Origin: Sedimentisphaera cyanobacteriorum
Lineage (GTDB): Bacteria > Planctomycetota > Phycisphaerae > Sedimentisphaerales > Sedimentisphaeraceae
Direction of reading: 5' to 3'
NCBI RefSeq assembly: GCF_001997385.1
Contig: NZ_CP019633.1
Location: 2,340,001 to 2,372,000 of the forward strand
Length of the DNA stretch: 32,000 bases
Shown here: piece after piece, positions 23,343 to 31,660 of the stretch
Layout: the number at the start of each line of letters is the position of its first letter
Position numbering within the stretch: the stretch's first letter is position 1
Notes under the pieces: generated by a model
The model's database searches: none
The model's input: the letters and a program-made list of their open reading frames with translations, nothing else
What the model was told of the DNA's origin: nothing
Position numbers and translations under genes: made by a program

Positions 23343-23667
23343 GTATCGAAGGAAACGGAGAGGATATTTTTTAGACAGGATTAACAGGATTGACAGGATA
23401 GATATTTGATAAGGGAAAGGCGGAGAAAGATTTTTGGGCGGGTAATTTTTTTAATCCTCGTGGGATTGGTTTAAACCGCGAAGGGCTCGAAGGGCACGAA
23501 GATTTCTGTTAGTTATTTAATAGAAGGGCTTTACATTCATAAAATTATCTGTGTCATCTGTGTCATCTGTGGATTAAAAAATTAATTCAGACCATATCCC
23601 CTTCGTGTGTTTCGCGGGCCTCGTGGTAAAAAAACATAATATCTGTGGATAATAAATTTCGCTGCGG
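23332..23667 (+). repeat. mosaic repeat H-T1, copy C, the most complete copy
   Basis: The order of motifs is TTTACACAGAG, CGAAGGAAACGGAGAGG, three NACAGGAT units (23371-23399), GGGCGGGTAATTT, GGGATTGGTTTAAACCGCGAAGGGCTCGAAGGGCACGAAG, three ATCTGTG units (23547-23574), ATCCCCTTCGTGTGTTTCG, then ATCTGTGGATAATAAATTTCGCTGCGG. It ends 130 nt before the valS ATG. Confidence 0.88.
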
Positions 23668-23797
23668 ATTAAATATTTTTAATCGGTTTATTCGAGCCAT
23701 ACATGGAGGACGCAGCAGTCGGTTATTGCTTTACACAAACGGGTAATTTGATACCATTACGCTTAAAATTATCAGCTTGAATTGGTACAGGTTAATT

Positions 23798-26668
23798 ATG
23801 GCAAAAGAACTATCGAAAGTTTATAACCCCCGAGAAGTAGAGCAGCTTGCAGAAAAGCTTTGGCTTGATGCCGGCAGCTACCATACAGAACCGCCTTCAA
23901 AGGGCGGAAAAGACAGCAAACCATACACAATCGTAATCCCGCCGCCTAACGTAACGGGAATGCTGCACATGGGGCATGCCCTTAACAACACGCTGCAGGA
24001 TGTGATTATCCGATTCAAACGTATGCAGGGCTTCAACACCCTCTGGATGCCCGGTACAGACCATGCCGGCATCGCCACGCAGAGCGTAGTAGAGAAAAAG
24101 CTGCACTCTGAGCATGGCAAAACCCGCCACGATGTGGGGCGTGAAGGCCTTGTGGAGATGATATGGGAGTGGAAACAGCAGTATGGCGACAGAATCCTCG
24201 AGCAGCTCAAGGGCATCGGGGCCAGCTGCGACTGGCAGAGAACACGCTTCACCCTCGATGATATGTGCGCAAGGGCAGTTCGCAGAACATTCTACAAGCT
24301 CTTCAGCGACAAGCTTATTTACAAAGGCAAGCGTCTTGTAAACTGGGACCCGCACCTTCAAACAGCAGTGGCTGATGATGAGGTTGTGCATAAAACAGTG
24401 CAGGGAAATTTCTACTATATGAAATATCCGCTCTCGGACGGCAGCCGAGAAGTAATGATCGCTACTACTCGTCCTGAAACAATGCTAGGCGATACGGCTG
24501 TTGCTGTAAACCCCAAGGATGAACGCGCCGAGGAGCTGATTGGGAAGATGATAGACCTCCCGCTCACAGGGAGAAAAATCCCGATAATAGCAGATGATTA
24601 CGTAAAGCGCGGCGAGGGAACCGGCTTTCTGAAGGTTACCCCTGCCCACGACCCGAACGATTATGAAATCGGCCTGCGCCACGATCTCGAGAGAATCAAC
24701 ATCCTCACACCCGAGGGATACATCAACGAAAACGGAGGCGACTTCGAAGGGCTCGATAGATTCGAGGCACGAAAAAGGATAGTTGAAAGGCTTCAGGACG
24801 AGGGATTATTAGAGAAAATTGAGCCGAGGGAGCAGGAAGTTGGCCACAGCGACCGCAGCGGCGTTATAATAGAGCCGTATCTCTCCGATCAGTGGTTCGT
24901 AAGCGTTGCCCCGCTTGCAGCCCCTGCGATTGAAGTACTCAGAGAAAGGCGTTTGAAGTTCCATCCGAAGCGCTATGAAAGCGCATACGCCGACTGGCTT
25001 GAGGGCATTAGAGACTGGTGCATTAGCAGGCAGCTTTGGTGGGGGCACAGAATCCCGATTTGGAGCGTGGAGCTGGAGGTTGAAAACCCGATTGAGAACC
25101 CGGATGCAGACCCGATATCCGATGAAATCAAATCTGCCCTGAGCAGCAAAACCGGTGTAAGCTGGCTGGAATTCACAGAAGACCTCGGCGAGTTTGCCGT
25201 GCAGATATTCCCCGATGAAGAAGACCCTGCAAAGGTGCGCATTGATATATGCATAGCAGAGAAAGACCGCACAGCAGAAGACCTGCTCGAGAAGCACGGT
25301 TTCCGGAGAGACCCGGACGTATTGGATACGTGGTTCAGCTCTGCGCTTTGGCCTTTCAGCACTCTCGGCTGGCCTGAACAGACCGAAGAGCTCAAATTCT
25401 ACTACCCCACTGATCTTCTGATTACCTCACGCGATATCATTACGCTCTGGGTTTCGAGAATGGTAATGATGGGGCTCTACAATATGGGCGAGGTTCCGTT
25501 CAGCGATGTTTTCATACACGGGAAAATCCTCGACGGCAACGGCGAAACGATGAGCAAAAGCAAGGGCAACGGCATAGACCCGCTTGCAATTATAGAGCAT
25601 TACGGCGCAGATGCGATGCGTTTCAGCCTCGCTAATATGACCACAGAGAATCAGGATATGCGTATGCCCGTCAAGCAGGACGAGCAGGGCAGGAATATCA
25701 GCAGCAAGTTTGATATAGGCAGGAATTTCTGCAACAAGCTCTGGAATGCCTCCCGTTTTGCAATGATGAACCTCGAGAATATCAGCGCAGATGAGTTTGA
25801 TGCCGATAAGATGGATATGACAGACCGCTGGATACTCTCCCGCCTTGAAGATACAGTTTGCTATGTAACCGATATGCTGGGTGAGTATAAGTTCAGCGAG
25901 CCGGCAGGCGCGATTTATCGCTTCTTCTGGAACGACCTCTGCGACTGGTATCTGGAATGGGGCAAGCCGCGGATGAAGGATGACAGCGAAAGGCCGATAT
26001 TCCAGAACGTGCTTGCGTTTTTACTCGATAATACGCTCCGCCTTATGCACCCGTTTATGCCTTTCATAACCGAGGGCATATTCCAGACCCTCGCTGAATA
26101 CGCCCCTTCAAGGCCGCTGAAAGGGCTCGTGAAAAGGAGCGGGGAAGAGCTGCTTATAGAAGCCGCTTGGCCGGGCAGCGAGCTGGAGCAGTTCCGCAAT
26201 CCCGATATAGAGCAGCAGATAAATGAAGTGCAAACGATTGTTAAGAGCATTCGTGAGGTGAGAAGCCAGTACAATATCGCCCCGAAGCAGAAAATCAAGG
26301 CAGGCATCTCCGCACCCGAGAGCTATCAGCCGCTATACGAAAAATGCAAAGAGCTTATCGTAAATCTCGCAGGGCTCGAGAGCCTTGAGATAGCCGAAAA
26401 CATAGAGCGGCAGGGAACTACCGCCACAAACGTTATCGGCGAGATTGAAGTTTTCGTGCACGGCGTGATAGACCCTGATGCTGAGAAAAAACGCCTTGAA
26501 AAGCAGAAGCAGGATCTTGTTAAAGCTGCAAAGGGCGTGGAAGGAAGGCTTTCAAACGAGAGCTACGTTAAGAATGCCCCGCCTGCAATCGTTCAGGACT
26601 CCAGAAATAAGCTCGCAGAGCTGAAAGAACAGATTGAGGCTGTTGATAAGCTTCTCGAAGAGCTCTGA
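23798..26668 (+). CDS. valS: valine--tRNA ligase
   Basis: Class I aaRS motifs are present: PPNVTGMLHMGHALN (HIGH) and TMSKSKGN (KMSKS). It also has an editing domain and a C-terminal coiled coil. I place the start at ATG 23798 (MAKELSKVYNP), because the track's 23777 start is a TTG. Confidence 0.95.
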   Translation: MAKELSKVYNPREVEQLAEKLWLDAGSYHTEPPSKGGKDSKPYTIVIPPPNVTGMLHMGHALNNTLQDVIIRFKRMQGFNTLWMPGTDHAGIATQSVVEKKLHSEHGKTRHDVGREGLVEMIWEWKQQYGDRILEQLKGIGASCDWQRTRFTLDDMCARAVRRTFYKLFSDKLIYKGKRLVNWDPHLQTAVADDEVVHKTVQGNFYYMKYPLSDGSREVMIATTRPETMLGDTAVAVNPKDERAEELIGKMIDLPLTGRKIPIIADDYVKRGEGTGFLKVTPAHDPNDYEIGLRHDLERINILTPEGYINENGGDFEGLDRFEARKRIVERLQDEGLLEKIEPREQEVGHSDRSGVIIEPYLSDQWFVSVAPLAAPAIEVLRERRLKFHPKRYESAYADWLEGIRDWCISRQLWWGHRIPIWSVELEVENPIENPDADPISDEIKSALSSKTGVSWLEFTEDLGEFAVQIFPDEEDPAKVRIDICIAEKDRTAEDLLEKHGFRRDPDVLDTWFSSALWPFSTLGWPEQTEELKFYYPTDLLITSRDIITLWVSRMVMMGLYNMGEVPFSDVFIHGKILDGNGETMSKSKGNGIDPLAIIEHYGADAMRFSLANMTTENQDMRMPVKQDEQGRNISSKFDIGRNFCNKLWNASRFAMMNLENISADEFDADKMDMTDRWILSRLEDTVCYVTDMLGEYKFSEPAGAIYRFFWNDLCDWYLEWGKPRMKDDSERPIFQNVLAFLLDNTLRLMHPFMPFITEGIFQTLAEYAPSRPLKGLVKRSGEELLIEAAWPGSELEQFRNPDIEQQINEVQTIVKSIREVRSQYNIAPKQKIKAGISAPESYQPLYEKCKELIVNLAGLESLEIAENIERQGTTATNVIGEIEVFVHGVIDPDAEKKRLEKQKQDLVKAAKGVEGRLSNESYVKNAPPAIVQDSRNKLAELKEQIEAVDKLLEEL

Positions 26669-26695
26669 TCTTTGCCGGCCGGCAGCAAAAAAAAA

Positions 26696-26721
26696 GCGGG
26701 TTCCGCCTAAGGCGGTCCCGC
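26696..26721 (+). terminator. possible terminator hairpin after valS
   Basis: GCGGGTTCCGCC-TAA-GGCGGTCCCGC is an imperfect hairpin (5+5 bp with an internal 2-nt mismatch) lying 28 nt after the stop. It is preceded by an A-run and has no clear T-run after it. Confidence 0.3.
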
Positions 26722-26808
26722 CGGATTTGCAAAACGCTTAAATCTCACCTCGAACTCATTTTATGCAGCAGCTCAGAGCAGAAATCGAAGGTATCTCGAC
26801 TAATTAAC

Positions 26809-28344
26809 TAGTCGCCCCTGAAAAAGTTTAAAATTTTCCTTAAATTCTTTCCTGATAATGGTTTATATGATTGAAAAGCTTTCGAGATATGGTATAATAT
26901 TGCAAGTGTTTATCTTACATCTATCAAAACATTGCAATATTGGGACAAAATAATGAAGGCAAAAAACAATAAAGCAGGCTTACTCTTTCAGCAGCCATTA
27001 AAACCTCTTGTAAATCCTGATCACTCTTTAGTCCAACTCTCAGAGGTTGTCAACTGGTCTCGCTTTGAAGAGAAGTTTGGCAGTTTATACAGTCCTGATT
27101 CAGGCAGGCCGGCCAAGCCGATTCGCCTGATGGTCGGCCTTCAGTATCTCAAGTACACTTTCAATCTCAGCGATGAAGCAATCGTTGCCGGCTGGGTTGA
27201 GAATCCTTACTGGCAGTATTTCTGCGGCGAAAGATACTTCCAGCACGAGCCTCCTATTGATCCAACCAGTATGACTAAGTGGCGTAATAAGGTAAAATCT
27301 GATGGTCTTGAAGAGCTGCTCGAAGAAACTATCAAAGCCGGCTTGAAGCTTAAGGTTATCAAAAAGAACGATTTCAACAAGCTCGTTGCAGATACAACCG
27401 TTCAGCAGAAGAACATCACTTATCCGACCGACGCAAAACTCTGCCACAAACTGCGCATTAAGCTTGTAGATCTTGCAAAAGCATCAAAACTCCAACTTCG
27501 CCAAAGCTACGAAAGGGTTGGAAAAAGGGCGTATGTAATGCAGGGCAGGTATCGACGTGCAAGACAGTTCAAAAGAGCTAAAAAAGAAGTGAAGAAATTA
27601 AGGAACTACCTGCGGCGAATTACGAAAGAGGTCGAGCGGAATATAGCAGGCAATGAGCAGTTAAGAATAATTTTTGATACATTGCTTCAAGCCGCTAAGA
27701 AGCTTTTAGCCCAGACAAAGAAAAGCAAAAATAAGCTCTACAGTATTCACGAACCTCACGTCTGCTGCATTGGGAAAGGCAAAAGCCACAAGAAATATGA
27801 GTTTGGAAATAAGGTTGGAATTGTAACTACTGCCAAGAATAATTTTATCGTAGGAGCGTTGGGCTTTGAAGGAAACCCTTATGATGGCCATACTCTTCGG
27901 GCTAATCTGAAGCAGACAATGAATTTAATCGGGAGAGAAAAGCTTGGAGATGTTTATGTTGATGGAGGATACAAGAAACATGGCTGCGAAGATATTGGAA
28001 ATGTTGAAATTGTAGAAAAGGGCTGGCGAAAAAAGAAACGAAGTATCAAGAGGTGGATTAAGAGAAGATCGAGCATAGAACCAACGATAGGCCACCTCAA
28101 AGAAGACAACAGGTTGGGAAGAAACTTCTTGAAAGGTGTAGAAGGGGACAAAATGAACGCCCTCGGCAGCGCTTTTGGGTACAATATGCGTAAACTTCTA
28201 GAGAAGTTTACTTTTGCCTATATTTTTATGCTTAAAATTATTGAATTTTACAGAAATTTGGCAATGAAAAGCAAATTAAAGACTCGATTAGCCTGATATA
28301 TTTTTTTAGTTTCCCCAAAATCATTGATTTTTCAGGAACGACTA
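26809..28344 (+). mobile_element. IS5-family insertion sequence (~1.54 kb)
   Basis: The terminal inverted repeats are TAGTCGCCCCTGAAAAA (26809-26825) and the reverse complement of 28328-28344 (TAGTCGTTCCTGAAAAA), matching at 15/17. It has a single transposase ORF and is more AT-rich than the surroundings. Confidence 0.8.
26953..28296 (+). CDS. IS5 family transposase
   Basis: The N-terminal DUF772-type region (LVNPDHSLVQLSEVVNWSRFEEKFGSLY..GRPAKPIRLMVGLQYLKYTFNLSDEAIVAGWVENPYWQYFCG) and the DDE domain are typical of long IS5-family transposases. I place the start at ATG 26953, because the track's 26932 start is a TTG. Confidence 0.9.
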   Translation: MKAKNNKAGLLFQQPLKPLVNPDHSLVQLSEVVNWSRFEEKFGSLYSPDSGRPAKPIRLMVGLQYLKYTFNLSDEAIVAGWVENPYWQYFCGERYFQHEPPIDPTSMTKWRNKVKSDGLEELLEETIKAGLKLKVIKKNDFNKLVADTTVQQKNITYPTDAKLCHKLRIKLVDLAKASKLQLRQSYERVGKRAYVMQGRYRRARQFKRAKKEVKKLRNYLRRITKEVERNIAGNEQLRIIFDTLLQAAKKLLAQTKKSKNKLYSIHEPHVCCIGKGKSHKKYEFGNKVGIVTTAKNNFIVGALGFEGNPYDGHTLRANLKQTMNLIGREKLGDVYVDGGYKKHGCEDIGNVEIVEKGWRKKKRSIKRWIKRRSSIEPTIGHLKEDNRLGRNFLKGVEGDKMNALGSAFGYNMRKLLEKFTFAYIFMLKIIEFYRNLAMKSKLKTRLA

Positions 28345-28600
28345 TTTATTAACCGCTAATTTTAACTAATTTCCGCTAAGATGGTTTCTTCGTGGTGAAT
28401 AATTCATTTTAAAACCCCGGAGGGCGCTAAGGGCACGAAGGGTTTTTGTAAATTATTTTATAACAAGGGCTTAGATTTTTAAAAATCTGCGTCATCCGTG
28501 CCATCTGTGGATAATAAATTTCGCTGCGGGCTCGAAAGATCAACTATCCGCTTGTTGTCCGCCTTCGGCGGACTGGCTCAGTTGATAGATAATAAATTCA
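28345..28600 (+). repeat. mosaic repeat region D (degenerate H words, partial T1, REP-like nested hairpin)
   Basis: The order of motifs is CCGCTAAG, CGGAGGGCGCTAAGGGCACGAAGGG, ATCTGCGTCATCCGTGCCATCTGTGGATAATAAATTTCGCTGCGGG (cf. 23641-23667), then the GTCCGCC-TTC-GGCGGAC hairpin (28557-28573) nested inside ATCAACT/AGTTGAT (28539-28545 / 28580-28586). Confidence 0.75.
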
Positions 28601-28726
28601 GCAAAGCATTGCAGAGTGATGATTTGCATTTTGCCCAAAAAACTTGTCGCACACGGTTCTAATCTGCATAAAAGGCGCAGCTCCGAGCCTGCGGAGAATT
28701 ATAAAAAGCGACTCCCATTTCTAATC

Positions 28727-30349
28727 CTACGGATTTTTGCGGGGCTTGCCCGAGGAATCCATTCTGCCGGCCATCTGAGAATCCCAAGAGTTATACAGCT
28801 CTCTGAGCTCCTTTGCTATTACAGGATATTTATCAATTAAATTTTTTGTTTCGCCTATGTCTTCTTCGAGATTGAAAAGCTGCGGGCTGTTTGGGTATTT
28901 GTAGGGCTTCTCCGCCTCAACAGCATCCCCGTTTTCTTTTATGCGAAAGTCCTTATGCTCCCAGCCAACGTTGTTAGTGAGCTTCCATTTGCCCTTCCTG
29001 ATAACCCACGAATTGCGGCTCTGCGCCCAGGCGAGCCATTCGTGCTGCTTTTTGCGTTTGCCATTGAGCACAGGCAGAAGGTTTTTGCCATCGAGATTAT
29101 CAGGCGTTTTTAGTCCGGCGAGACTGGTTATTGTTGGGAAGATGTCCATCGTGGAAACAATCGCCTCTTCGTTCACTTTGCCCTCAGGGAGCCTTCCGGG
29201 CATACTAACTATCATCGGGACCCTAAGCCCGCCTTCAGCAAACATATACTTAAACCCGCTGAGCGGGGCGTTGTTTGCGTATGTATTGATTGTCCCTCCG
29301 TTGTCTGAAACGAAAACCACAAGCGTATTCTCCCGCTGGCCTGTCTTCTCAAGCGTATCGAGTATTCTGGAAACGCTCTCATCCAGAGCGAGAAGATTAG
29401 CAAGGTAGCATCTTCTGCCTTCCGGGTCCACCTTGCCCATATGCCCCCATCTTTTATGGAACTTCTGATGACGCTCTTCGTTCGGCTCCCAGTATGGGTA
29501 ATCCCAGTTTTCTGCATTTCTGTCCCAGGGGAGGTATCTCGCTCCAACTCTCTTCGCCCATTTCTCATCGACAACATAAGTGGGCTGGTGAACAGCATTG
29601 TGAGCTACGTGCAGATAGAAGGGTTTATCACCTTTCCTGCGCTCAATAAATTCGCATGCTCGGTCGGTGAAGATTTCGGTGGTAAAGCCGTCTTCGTAAG
29701 AAACCTTCTCGGCCTCTTCCTGCTTTTTCCCCTTCCCCTCTGCCCAGAGCAGCGGGCCTACAACCTGACAGCCAAAATTGCCTTTGAACCCCTCTCTTGC
29801 CTTGTATGCCTCCACATCCTTCTGACTGAGCCGGATATAGTCCCATGTGTGGAACATAAAGCCGAGAAACTCATCGAAACCGTGGAGCGTGGGGAATTCC
29901 TTATCGCCGCCGTTGTGGTGCGTTTTGCCGTATTTGGCGGTAACGTAGTCTGATTTGCTGAGGTGTTCGGGGATGGTGAGCTCCCTTGAGGGAAGGCCGC
30001 CGTCGCCGTACCAGTAGTTCCCCCAGCGCTGCTGATAGCGGCCTGTGATAAGCCCTGTACGGCTAGGGCTGCATATTGGAGATGTACCGTAAGCGTTTTT
30101 GAAATATGTGCCGGTTTTGGCGAGTCTGTCGAAGCCCGGGGTGCCGTATTTCTTTACGTCATCCGGAGCATCCGGCAGGAAAGACATATCAGCATAGCCC
30201 AAATCGTCTGCAATTATAACCACAACATTCGGCTTTTTCTGCTCTGATGGGGCGATCAAAGAGCCTGTGCAGGAGCTCAAAGCTCCCATTCCGCTGATGG
30301 TAATGCCTGCTGCGCCGGCGTATTTAAGAAAATCTCGTCTGCTTTTCAT
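28727..30349 (-). CDS. arylsulfatase (formylglycine-dependent sulfatase family), Tat signal plus lipobox
   Basis: 540-aa ORF with a twin-arginine signal (SRRDFLKYAGAAG), a possible lipobox (ALSSC) and the sulfatase signature CSPSRTGLITGR (C-x-P-x-R). Confidence 0.92.
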   Translation of the reverse strand: MKSRRDFLKYAGAAGITISGMGALSSCTGSLIAPSEQKKPNVVVIIADDLGYADMSFLPDAPDDVKKYGTPGFDRLAKTGTYFKNAYGTSPICSPSRTGLITGRYQQRWGNYWYGDGGLPSRELTIPEHLSKSDYVTAKYGKTHHNGGDKEFPTLHGFDEFLGFMFHTWDYIRLSQKDVEAYKAREGFKGNFGCQVVGPLLWAEGKGKKQEEAEKVSYEDGFTTEIFTDRACEFIERRKGDKPFYLHVAHNAVHQPTYVVDEKWAKRVGARYLPWDRNAENWDYPYWEPNEERHQKFHKRWGHMGKVDPEGRRCYLANLLALDESVSRILDTLEKTGQRENTLVVFVSDNGGTINTYANNAPLSGFKYMFAEGGLRVPMIVSMPGRLPEGKVNEEAIVSTMDIFPTITSLAGLKTPDNLDGKNLLPVLNGKRKKQHEWLAWAQSRNSWVIRKGKWKLTNNVGWEHKDFRIKENGDAVEAEKPYKYPNSPQLFNLEEDIGETKNLIDKYPVIAKELRELYNSWDSQMAGRMDSSGKPRKNP

Positions 30350-30510
30350 TTGTAATCCTTAATCAAGTATTTGATGTTCTATAAGTGTATGTCAGCCGGG
30401 TTAATTTTTTTCATTTAATTTTATCGAACGAAAGCCAATTTATGCTTTAAAGGCGGGAATAGATGCCTGCCTTGTGTCAAGCAGGGTTATCTTTTGGGGC
30501 GGTTAGATAG

Positions 30511-30780
30511 TTTAGAACCACGAAATTTAAACCAATCCCCCCAACCAAAAAATTGTGTTTTGTTTTATCACTAAGGGGCCGAAACACACGAAGGGGATAT
30601 GGTTTTGATTGTTTTTTTATCCACAGATGACACAGATGGCACAGATTTTATTTGAATGTAAGCGATTGATGTAAAACAATTTATAACATAAATTTTCGAG
30701 CCCTTTGAGCACTTCGTGATTTTAACAAATTACCCGCCCAAAAAATCCTGCCAATCCTATCGAAGGTATTATTGAAATGC
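30511..30780 (-). repeat. mosaic repeat H-T1, copy E (inverted, degenerate head)
   Basis: The reverse complement reads ATAGGATTGGCAGGAT, TTTTGGGCGGGTAATTTG, CACGAAGTGCTC.., AATCTGTGCCATCTGTGTCATCTGTGGAT, ATCCCCTTCGTGTGTTTCGG, GGGGATTGGTTTAAATTTCGTGG. Its gene-proximal end lies ~160 nt upstream of the sulfatase ATG. Confidence 0.8.
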
Positions 30781-30833
30781 AGGGGCGAACCAGAGCGAAC
30801 GCCCCATTTTTAGCCGCAAAAGATTATTCGTAC

Positions 30834-31493
30834 TTATGCCCTGCGTTTGCGGAGGATAAATCCGCCGAGGCCCAGAAGCGCCATCGTCGCAGGCTCGGGG
30901 GTGATCGTTACTGAAGTAATATCAAATGCCGTATCACCGCCGCTGGATATCATATTTAAGACAGGCTGTTCTGAAACACTGTATTCTCCGAGATAATCGG
31001 AAAAGTATTCCTGAGGAGTAACATAAGATGTATCGGAATAGTCAAATGTCAGACCAGCAAGTAAAAACGGATAAGCGTTAAGCTTAGAAATAGTGCTTCC
31101 ATTCAAGGTTTCAGAATTTATATCGGAATAGTCTGAGCTGAGTGTGATATAAATACCGTCAGATTCAATATTTATTTTTTCCCATGGATCTCCATTTTCT
31201 GAATCAGGTCTAACGTATTCACCTGACACCCCTGAACCGTACAACTCTGTAAACACAGGCTTTTGTTCTAACGTTTCAGAATACCAGCTATTTCGGTCTG
31301 AAATAAAACTGTCAATATTATGTTCCGTCCGAGAACCGTTGACAACGAAAGAAAAATCATACTCTTGGCCTTCCTGATATCCTAAAACGGTGTCTTGAGC
31401 TTCCCCGGTTATGGTAATAACCGGATCATACGCAGCAAACCCTGCGGAAGCGAAGACCAAACACACAGCCAGACACGATAATAATTTCTTCAT
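30834..31493 (-). CDS. PEP-CTERM sorting domain-containing protein
   Basis: It has a signal peptide (MKKLLSCLAVCLVFASAGFA) and a C-terminal PEP-CTERM signal (TPEPATMALLGLGGFILRKRRA). I place the start at ATG 31493, because the track's 31502 start is a GTG. Confidence 0.88.
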   Translation of the reverse strand: MKKLLSCLAVCLVFASAGFAAYDPVITITGEAQDTVLGYQEGQEYDFSFVVNGSRTEHNIDSFISDRNSWYSETLEQKPVFTELYGSGVSGEYVRPDSENGDPWEKINIESDGIYITLSSDYSDINSETLNGSTISKLNAYPFLLAGLTFDYSDTSYVTPQEYFSDYLGEYSVSEQPVLNMISSGGDTAFDITSVTITPEPATMALLGLGGFILRKRRA

Positions 31494-31660
31494 GATAAAC
31501 ACCTTTCACAATTCTCTAAAAAAACAATTAAACATACTTCTTTTGAGTTAACAAAACTGAATTGAAAAATCAAATTAATTTTAAGTATTTTTCCTGATTT
31601 TCTAAATTTTTCATGCGGCTTAAAGTGATTGGAGGTAAATCTTTGCCGCACTTTTTACCT

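Noticed and set aside
23668-23797. T-box leader upstream of valS, or a lysine or other riboswitch upstream of the hom-lysC operon (3987-4158).
   Set aside because: I could not find the conserved T-box sequence, an antiterminator, or any L-box or SAM-like conserved core by eye. The upstream DNA is instead explained by the repeat modules. A covariance-model scan (Infernal/Rfam) would be the decisive check.
26801-26816. Small palindrome CGACTA..TAGTCG at the left end of the IS5 element, considered as a second nested IR or remnant.
   Set aside because: Only 6 bp match, which is compatible with chance. The 17-bp TIR pair at 26809/28344 explains the element boundaries.
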